Both the position numbers and the translations under genes were made by a program. The notes beneath the pieces were generated by a model. It saw nothing but the letters and a program-made list of their open reading frames with translations, was not told where the DNA came from and ran no database searches. A stretch of 23,125 bases of DNA, from contig NW_003526941.1 of the NCBI RefSeq assembly GCF_000181795.1, positions 5,792,540 through 5,815,664 of the forward strand, in the 5' to 3' direction. This document shows positions 1 through 9,802 of the stretch, in pieces (positions within the stretch are counted from its first letter, which is position 1; each line of letters opens with the position of its first letter). Source of the DNA: Trichinella spiralis (Eukaryota).

Positions 1-2728
1 TATAGCATCCTTAAATTTTGAAATTTCTTAAACGCAATTTCTTTAATTAAATGTGCGTCTTAAATAAGAATTAGTCAAAAAGAAAGGATGGGATTCATAC
101 GAAGAACGTTAGTACAATTGTACAAATGACTTACCTCTTAACTGTCGATGATATCGAAGCGGACACTTTATGGCGTTTCTTGACCGATGATTTTCACACA
201 TATTACTATGAAGACTATGAATAACTATGAATATGATCCTTTGAAAAGTGTGTCAAGCTTGAGGAATTTAAATAATATGAACTTGCCTTTGGTGACGTAA
301 ATTCATATTTGCCGAGTTATAGCGTAATGGTATGTAAACACTATGCTAAACTTTACTAAGTGCTAAAAGTTATTACGATTTCATTGAAATTCAATAAAGT
401 ATTTATTGTATGTAGAATGTGGAACAGTGACCCTTTTGAGTCATGAATGCTTATTGGAAACTTCTTGATCTTCGTTAATCTAAATACCTTTTCATTTTTT
501 CTGTTGTTTTACTTTGGTTTAAATGAATGTTTATGTATAATTGTTTATGGATTTGTTAGTTATTTTGTTTCAAGCTGAATTTCTGAATCCCCTAAAACAG
601 ATCAATTTGAAATACATTCTGAAATAGAGTATTTACTTGTTATCCTTGTCGCTACTGCTGAGTCGTTGAGAAAAACAGTGCACGTTGAATAATCAGTAAT
701 TCATAAATGACCTAAAAAGTACGTTTAAATAAGTTTGCACAACTGATGACGATATAGAAAATATGCGTGAAAATTACATGCCATGTACACTGATTATTTA
801 GATATTTTTAAAGATATAGATAGATTTTATTTGATTAGATATTCGATGTAATAGAAAGCTTTCTATTTTCTCGGCAATTGAATTGTCCCTGCAACTGCAT
901 TTGTTATTTATGATCCAGTGCTTCATCATTAATCGTATGCTCATCGTGTTCTGTTCTTGGTTTGCATTAAAAAAGGTGAAAATAGTATTTTTTTTTCTTA
1001 CTTTTTACAAACGGTTTTATTTTACTTAATTGTGTTATGCGAATTTAATTTTTAAACTTTAATTTGAATTTGATTGTCGTTCAAAAATCTATTTAATATC
1101 ACTGGCTGCTACTATTAATGGCAAATATGATATTTTCCCCCTGTTAACTAACCCTACATGGCCGTCATCAATGAGAAATAATGGAGCATTGGGCTTTTGT
1201 TACGTCTGTAAGAGTTGTAACAACATTTATCAATTGCGTCTTTGTAATGAAGAATCTTTGTGTCGACATGAGAAATTGCAGTAAAACAATGTAAACAATT
1301 TTAAATGAAAATAAAAAAATGAAATGAAAAGAATGAAATCAAAGTGAGAAAAGCTTTGAAAAATCAAAAGAAAATGAAAACAAAATAAAGCATCTTGATC
1401 GATAAAAAGTAAAAGTGGCCATAATATGGTGAAAAATATTGAATTACATTGAAAAAGCAATGAGCAACATGTCCGACAAAAATGAAGAATATAAATGTGT
1501 AACAAAGAAAAGATAAAAGTAACATAAGTGAATTGAGTAACATAAGCAACATAGATTTTTAAGCTCCTATATGCATTAAAACTGAAAGCGAAGTTAATTA
1601 ACTTCATATGTTAAAAATATTTTAAACCGTCTCTTAGTAATAATAAAATAAATTAAAATGTGCACAATGATGTGAAATTTTAAAATATTTTTTTACATAT
1701 ATGAAGCTTATTTATAATATATAGCAATGTATAAGAACAATTTTAAAATAGTAGCTTACGAATAGTTCGTTATGTTAGACGTAGAATTTCATTCGCATAG
1801 CGGTTGAACAAAACTTTTCATGCATTTTCTGCTAAACCTGTCCTACTGTGGCTGCTTTTCATTGCGTCGAGCAAACAGAATTTCCGCCAATGTTTCCCTA
1901 AAGTCACAACAACAGCAACGTATGATTTGCACGATGTGAAATAGTATGACATTCTTAACGCAATGCAAAGAAATGCAAAATCAATTGCAATACATTTTAA
2001 TTATAAATTAATTAGTTAAAATCACAGAACTCGAAACAACAGATTCATAGCAAGCATTTTTAATTGAAAAATAAGGAGTAGAGATAACAAACACGTTAAC
2101 GGTAAAACATTCTAAACGATGAGTTGTAATGATATGAATAGTATGCAAATTTAACGTGGTTCATCAGAATGTACAGTAGTATTGAGTGTAATGTATGACA
2201 GCAATTCCGTCATTCCTGAGACATCGAGAACAGAACCGCCGAACGTTGATAATTTTCAGCCATAACCATCTACGCGTCAAGTTAGTAGGGCTACTACGTC
2301 TTTGGCGATTTTGGATTGTACAAATCGTGTTGTCTATTTGACCAGCAAATCTTCTGCTTGCGCAACTTGCTGCTGCTGACAATGTGAAAACGTGCACACT
2401 GCATGTGACATGTTCGAATCAAACTGCCGATGTACTATTTTTATTACATTCTGATAAATTATGCAAATATTTATTATTCATATCAGTGCTGATATCTTTC
2501 CTGTAGGCAGATAAAGTGAACAGTAAATAATAGAATTATCATTTGATTACGACAAAATTGTCAGAGAGTGGAAAACCTTTTCTACCCACCCATATATTAT
2601 GCCAACTTCATTGTTATGAATCCAAATTAAGACGCCGGTAATTTTTTAAAATTGAACTGAATTACGTTTCTTCTGCATACTTATTTGTATTGATGGAACG
2701 TGAAATGATTGCAAAATAAACAAGCAGA

Positions 2729-5551
2729 CTAGCAGAACGTATATCCAGAAGTGAGAAAAGAACGGAATATTTTTTCTATCGACATAACATAAGCGGCAAG
2801 GCGAAAATCAATTCCAAGATTGTACTTTCTTGCCGTTTCAATAATCGCCTGAAACAATTATTATTCAAGCAATAAATTGCACAAGTTGTAGATTAAGTAA
2901 AATACCATTCCCGATCTTTCCATCGTATACGCCAGACCACTGTGTACAATGTCCTTCTCCGAGGCACCCTGAAAAACTCAGTGAAAATGAAAAAATACGA
3001 AAAAATTATGGAAAGTGCAATAAATTTCTCAAACTTCAATAAGTTTCTCAAATTCTTCATTAGGGGATATGCTTAAATTTTTCATGTTCAAGCCTTTCTC
3101 CAGTGATTCTTGAACGCTTTCTGAAACAAATCAAAAGTGACCAGTGAGTGGTTTCGTGACCAACCAAGCAAAAGTTGCCCAAAAAAGCTCACGAAGAAGC
3201 AACGAGTTGCTTTCTTTTTCATATTTGAATGTCAAACGTCCAAAGCTGACGTGGTTGAGATTTTTCAGCCACTCAAAGTAGGAAACCGTTACGCCTCCTG
3301 CGTTTGCAAAAAGATCCGGAATTACCAATATGTTGCGCTGTTGTAAAATTCGATCGCCTGCTGGTGTTGTCGGACCATTGGCTGCTTCAACAACCACCTA
3401 TAGATTTTTTAAAAAAATATCCAATAATTGCGATAATTGAACAGAATGTTTCTCTTTTTTTCTTTCACTTTTGCTTTAATTTTTTCGGCATTCTTTTTGG
3501 TTATAACTTTTTCAATTGCTGCTGGTATTAAAATGTCACACTGTTCATAGAACAAATCCTCTTTCGGTTGGTAGCTATCGGCGTGAGGAAAACCGACAAT
3601 TGTGCCATTATCCTGAAAAATATGCAGTGAAACGTTTCACCAGAATATCACCAAATAAAAAGAACCATTCATCTATTTATTTACTGAAAAATAACTTTCA
3701 AGTGCAGGAATGTCGATACCGTCAGATTTGTAAATTGATCCGTTGTATTCGATTATGCCTATTACCTTCGCTCCGGCTTCGTGAAAAAATTTTGCCGTAT
3801 GACTTCCAACATTGCCATAACCCTGGATTATGGTTTTTCACTTCACAACTGCCGTGCATTCTCTCAAAAGTATTCAGAAAATTTATTTTTACTTGCACAA
3901 TGACACTCTTTCCTGCTAGACCAGGCGTAATTCCAATTCGTTCGACAAGTTCATTATCTTTCAAAAATATCGAAGTTGCATGACGTACTCCCTAAAGTGT
4001 ATGCTGTTATTAAAAAATACAAAAAAAATGAACAAACATTAAAAATTAACCAAGCCAGTTGCAGCTGTTCTTCCTAAAATTCCACCCATCAGTATAGGTT
4101 TTCCTGTAGTACAGGCGTATGCATCTTTATCAAGATGCCCTTTAAGAAAAAGAACAACAACAACAACGAGGTGTGCAAAAAAAGAACTTATAAAATGCCC
4201 AAATTACCAACTGTCATGGCGTAAGTGTCCGCTATCCACGCCATCTCTCTTGCAGAAGTTCCCATATCCGGCGCTGGCACGTCCACACCAGGCCCTAAGA
4301 TTAGACAATTTTAACTACAAAGCGAAGAGCATTTTTATTCGAGCGTTCCCAAGCGCACCGAGAAATCCTTTTTTGGAAAATTCTAAAGTCAACCGACGTG
4401 TGATTCTTTCGATTTCATTTTCAGAGTATTTTTTAGGGTCAATTCGAACAGCCCCTTTGCTTCCACCAAACGGTACATCAACAACAGCGCATTTGAATGT
4501 CATCAAAGCCGCCAGAGCTTTCACTTCATCTTCACTAACATTCGGGGCAAAACGTATGCCTGAAGTGCAAAATGAAATGTAAAAATTTAATTTTTAATTT
4601 GCAGGTCAATTGTACACAAAAAAAACTTATTTTTAGAAGCATTTCGAATTTGTGCCAAGGTTAGTTAGTCAACATTCTTTCAGTTATTTAATAATAATTA
4701 TCATCATCCACACTTGAAAAACTTATTTGATGATCATTTTAAAATTTCATAATAATTAGAACAATTTTTCAAGTTGAAAAGTAATGTTTTTACAGAAACA
4801 TTTTTCCAATAACTTCTCATGCTTGTAAATAATCAGAAAATTTAATAATTAACATAATAATTATGATGACAAAGAAAACAAACAATGAAACAAAAAAATT
4901 TAATTTCTAGTTGCAAAACTAAAACAGCAGGAAGTTTTAATTAATATCATCATAATTAATTAGCTGAAAATACAACATATACTAACCTCCTTTACAAGGG
5001 GTACGATGTTCACTGTGCTGACAACGCCAAGCTTCGATAATTTCCAATTCACCGTTGTCACGTTTTATTGGAAAGCTGATGTAGAGCATTTTGGTTGGCT
5101 TTTTGATCAGTGCCAAAATACCCAGAATCAGAGATCGCTTCTGCTCTGATGTCATCTTTTTGAATTGGATCTCAGTTTCCATGAATTTTTCCAACACTGT
5201 ACAGCCACGATCGAAAAAATGCTCAATCATAGAAAAATAGCTCGGATCAAGCTGTTCCTCTATTGGTTCCATCATACTTTCAGATATTCTTTTCAAACTA
5301 AACAAAGAAAAATGAAATTTCAAAATAATTAATAAAATTTGATGAAAATTTTAAAGAATATTCTGTGTGCACTGTGTAAAAGATACAGTAGGAAAGAATG
5401 GCGTATAAATCGATCGCAAGCAAGTGCAATGCAAGCAGAACAAATGAATAAATGCTATTTGTCAAGAAGAAGAAGAAGAAGAACAGTGATACAGATATGG
5501 CAAAGTTTACCACATCGGTAAATTGAACACTGATGCAGCTGTATGTATCAT
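2729..5551 (-). CDS. gdh: Glutamate dehydrogenase, metazoan antenna-type (tandem copy B); 12 predicted exons, ~527 aa, first exon tentative
   Basis: Hand-spliced minus-strand exons, all GT-AG with consistent phases: [5551-5511 tentative], 5297-4987, 4559-4359, 4294-4208, 4139-4051, 3991-3893, 3822-3685, 3612-3469, 3397-3193, 3120-3035, 2968-2906, 2848-2729 (TAG). Total 1584 nt, open frame. GDH motifs: [102 protein letters not shown]; ends GYTFC. Alternative start at MMEP (ATG 5275). Confidence 0.95.
5464..5483. repeat. (AAG)n microsatellite
   Basis: aagaagaagaagaagaagaa. Confidence 0.85.
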
Positions 5552-5686
5552 TCAACGGTTCCATTTGCACACAAAATTGCAAAGACTGCTTAAATTTTTC
5601 AAGCAAAAGTGCTTCTTCAGTGCTTTTGCAAACACAGTGATTGAAGTGCTTTGTAACAACACTGGTTTGCGTTGCTTTAGCAAAAG

Positions 5687-5707
5687 GCTGCTGCTGCTGC
5701 TGCTGCT
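5687..5707. repeat. (GCT)7 microsatellite upstream of GDH-B
   Basis: gctgctgctgctgctgctgct. Confidence 0.85.
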
Positions 5708-6978
5708 TTTAGCAATTGTTTCAGAGCAAACAAATAAATTCAAGTTCAATAAAATGTTCGTCAATCAAAAATAGAAGAAAGATGAAATCACTCAATTATA
5801 GCAGCAGAATCTTTTCATCGAATCATTAACATGAAACTCTAGATTTCAAAATTCAAAGGGGCAAAATTGTTTCTTCTCAACTATCTCAAACCTACATCAA
5901 CGGTGCTTCACAAATTATGAACATATGAAATGTGCTCGTTAGCAATTTGCATTCATTTAGTTCAACCTGTTGGTTGAATGAGAAAAAAATTCCCTTTTTC
6001 TTGCAAAAAGTAAATTATTTTTCAACCAAAAAAAACATCAAGCATAAAAACAACGAATCAAATTTATTTCACTTACTTCAATCAGTTCTGTCACAGATAC
6101 AGGAGGAAAAAACATGTTAGCGCTGAATTAAAAATTGGCCTGAATCAACAATGCAAACATCGATTATCGTATCGCCACAGTGCAGAACAAACATCCATTT
6201 AGCAGATGCATATATTTTAAACAACTCTATCCAATTGAAAAACGTTTCTTCTATAAAGGAACGCAATGTTGCAAATGTAAAAGAAAGTAAAAAATACAAG
6301 CAAGCATTATATTATATTATTTGTTATTTATACATTTTTTCCGCATTGCAACTATAGATATCAATCAGAAGAATAAAAATAATAAATTTATTGATGATAT
6401 TTCTTTGGCAATGTTGATTGTATCGAATTTTACTTTACAAGAAAGTGATTTATTTACTTATTTATTAAGGTTATAAAAATGCAGTTGAGCATAATACGAA
6501 TAGGCATTTCAATCAGCAATGCAAACAGCAGCAGCAATTAAGCAGGTTTGAATAATTTCTTGAAAATCTAGTCAAAATTATAAATACATAAATCATAGAA
6601 TAATTTAATGATGAATCACATTCTTGCAACTTTTCGTAAACTGTTTAACAAATGTTAACATTTTTCCGAGAAGGACCAAACGATAACAGATATCTGTGCA
6701 AATGCTGGCATTAATTATTTGCTTAATGAGCAACAACATCTTGCCAATGAATTAATAATAATAACTGCTAAAAAATCATCGGTGCATCAGTCGAAATTGC
6801 ACAAAGGCAAACTACAACTGCTTGCTGCAATGCTTACTTGATTAATTGATCAAAGCAACAATGATGATGATAAAAAGAGTGCAAAAGCATCAACAGAAAA
6901 GAAGAAACAAATTTGCTAAAAGTAATCATGTAAGAGAGAAGAGCAAAAGTAAAATGCTTAAATGAGATATCGAAATGA

Positions 6979-9802
6979 TTAAGTAAAAGTAAAACCGCCC
7001 ATCTGATATGACAAAACAATTTTTCCAATCGAATTCGCATAAGCCGCGGTACGCAAATCCAGTCCCAAATTGTACTTTTCTGCAGTTTTTATGATGGACT
7101 AAAAATCAGTAAATAATTTATTAATAGCAGTGTGTAATTTGGTACTTTCAAAACAAAACAATTCTAATTTTACCAATGCAGAACGTTCCATTGTGTAAGC
7201 GAGGCCTGAGAACACAATATCTTCTTCCGAAGCATACTGGATTAAAAAAAGAGAACAATTTTTAATAAGAATATGTAGAATTAATTATTAATTCAATATC
7301 AAACTTAACTTACAGCAATATGATCTCCTCTTATCGGAATGCTACCAGGCTCTTTGTTAAAATAACGTTCCAAAGATTCTTGAATACTACCTAAAAGTAA
7401 ACAGAAATAAAATTTCCATTAATTATAATTATAACAATAAGTAAAAGGACTGCTATTTGAATTTGACAAACAAAATCACTCACTCAACAGCATCCGATTG
7501 CTGTTCACTTCATGCTTGAACGTGAGACGACCAAAGCTGACATGATTCAAATCTTTCAGCCACTCAAAGTAGGAAACTGTCACACCACCAGCATTTACAT
7601 AAAGATCTGGCAGAATGAGAACTTTCTTATCGAGCAAAATTTTATCGGCAGCTGGTGTTGTCGGACCGTTGGCTGCTTCGGCAACAATCTGAAAACAGTG
7701 GAAAAAAAACACCACCACATATTCACATAACATGCGATAGAAAATGAAATATTTCAGAAAAAAAAGAACTGAAAACCGAAGCCCTACTTTAGCCTGAATC
7801 CCTTCAGCGTTGTCTTTGCGTATAACTTTTTCAGTGGCGGCCGGAATAAAAATGTCACACTTTTCATGCAACATCTTCTCCATTGGAGTGTACGGCTTGG
7901 CATTTGGAAAGCCTTTAACAGTACCATTTTTCTAAAAAAAAGTAGTGCTTCAGAAAGAAGAAGAAAAAACAATGCGAGGGATGGAATGCTCAATTACCGT
8001 AAAGTAATCTTCAAGTTCTGATGGAATGATTCCGTCTGGATTGAAAATCGAACCATCCCGTTCCATTACACCGATCATTTTCGATCCTGCTTCATGGACA
8101 TAACGAGCGACAAATTTACCGACATTTCCATAACCCTGAAATCATTGCCAGAGCTTCAAAATACAACTGCAGAAATAACTGTAGATAAATGGAACAAATT
8201 AAAACCTGAACAATGAATGTTTTATCTTTGAAGCCAGTGGTAAGACCGATGGTTTCCATAAATTTTTCATTGTTCAAAAATACGCTCAGTCCATTTAATA
8301 CACCTCGCCCAGTAGCCGATTTGCGACCATGAATACCGCCAAGTCCAATAGGCTTACCAGTAACACAAGCGTACGCATCCTTTTCGAGATGGCCTGAACA
8401 AATATAATCATTACACAATAAAGCAATGCAATAAGTTTTCAATTGGATTAGAATGCAGAGAAAATTTCATCCCTCCGTTCACTAATCAGTCAATCACCTG
8501 TAGTGTTTGCGTAAGTATCAGCAATCCAAGCCATCTCACGTTCACCAGTGCCCATATCTGGAGCCGGCACATCTACACCTGGTCCTGGAAAAATATACAA
8601 TCATAATAAGCATTCTTAATTTTTAATAAAAAAACGCTGTACCCAGAAAACCCTTCTTTGACATTTCCACAGCCAGTCGACGAGTGATCTTCTCCAATTC
8701 GTAAACTGAATATTTTTTTGGGTCTATCTTCACCGCACCTTTGGCTCCACCGAAAGGAACATCCACTACAGCACATTTGTAAGTCATCAACGAAGCCAGT
8801 GCTTTCACTTCATCTTCGTTCACGTTATCAGCATAACGAATGCCTAAAATGAAAGTCAATTTGTTTATTCAATTCAACACATCATACTTGATAGCATGTA
8901 GAGAGGTTTGTAAAAATTAGGAAAGAAATAAATTGTTGCTTTAAAACTATAAAATGAAAATTTCACTCAATTTACTTTGCAGTTGACCAAATCAAGAATC
9001 ATGAAACAGTGGAAACAATTCAAACAACTTAAAAGCATTTTATTCCATCTTCCTTCCACCTCTACCAAAAAGCATGCACGCATAACGAAGTGTGCGCGTT
9101 CAGTTTCAACAAAGCTTATCTGCTTCTATCGTTGAACAAATTTTTGCAAAATTGTAAATGAATAAATAAATAAATAAATAAATAAAGCAATGCTCTCTAT
9201 AGGACAGGGATGATTAGAGTGTATTTTTTACCGCCAATTCAGTTTAAAGTCTATTTAATAGTTTTACTTTCGGTTCAGTTATCAAAATGCTTAACCAATC
9301 TTTATAACTTTTGTTCATTGTATTGAAAATTTTACAACAACAACTGCAAACACTAATGCTGCAAAGCAATTACATATAATATTATAAGAAGGAAACAACG
9401 CTTACCTCCTTTGCATGGAGTCTTGTGTTCACTGTGCAAACAACGCCAAGCTTCGATAATTTCAAATTCGCCATTGTCGCGTCGAATTGGAAAAGTGAAA
9501 TAGAGAACCTTGTTTGGAGACTGAATGTTGCGCAGTATGCCACGAATTTGACGCCGGCGCTCCTCCTGAGCTGCAGTACCCTGAACATCGTTGACCATGG
9601 CACTTTCGATCACATCCATACCACGATCGCAGTAGTAGCCGACCATTTCGAAATAGCTTGGATTGTTCTGCTCATAAATCGGCAAATCACGATCGCTCGA
9701 CTGGGGCGGTGGCGACGTTCCATAACCCAAAGCTGCTTTCCTGAAGATGCTGTTCGAAAAGTTCTTGCACAAAGTTAAAGTAGACAGCCGCCGCAAAGCC
9801 AT
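6979..9802 (-). CDS. gdh: Glutamate dehydrogenase, mitochondrial (tandem copy A); 10 exons, 539 aa
   Basis: Exons 9802-9406, 8843-8643, 8584-8498, 8393-8206, 8135-7998, 7931-7788, 7688-7484, 7390-7314, 7236-7174, 7098-6979 (TAA). Total 1620 nt, open frame, all GT-AG. Motifs: [92 protein letters not shown]; ends GGFTFT. Confidence 0.96.
9161..9186. repeat. (AATA)n microsatellite in GDH-A intron 1
   Basis: aataaataaataaataaataaataaa. Confidence 0.85.
9713..9802 (-). other. Predicted mitochondrial presequence of GDH-A
   Basis: N-terminus [30 protein letters not shown] is rich in Arg/Lys/Ser/Thr/Leu and has no acidic residue, typical of matrix-targeting peptides. The cleavage site is not determined. 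Confidence 0.75.

Noticed and set aside
1230..1607. 125-aa Phe/Leu/Ile-rich minus-strand ORF resembling a membrane protein
   Set aside because: Composition is explained by an A-rich plus strand; no family motif or supporting splice structure.
2164..2430. Slightly GC-richer island with a 77-aa ORF downstream of GDH-B
   Set aside because: Non-ATG start, no recognisable domain or RNA-gene structure; may be UTR or intergenic.
3263..3286. 24-nt perfect identity between GDH-B and GDH-A (7554-7577) suggesting gene conversion
   Set aside because: It lies in the most conserved peptide (VSYFEWLK) with few degenerate sites, and flanking synonymous sites differ freely.
5552..5764. 70-aa ORF as a candidate GDH-B targeting exon
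   Set aside because: It ends in a stop, I found no convincing phase-compatible donor, and its poly-Ser comes from a (GCT)7 microsatellite.
3137..9778. Plus-strand ORFs antisense to GDH exons (3137-3346, 3516-3983, 4250-4582, 7512-7730, 9425-9778)
   Set aside because: Antisense shadows. The similarity between 3137-3346 and 7512-7730 only reflects the paralogous GDH exon on the other strand.
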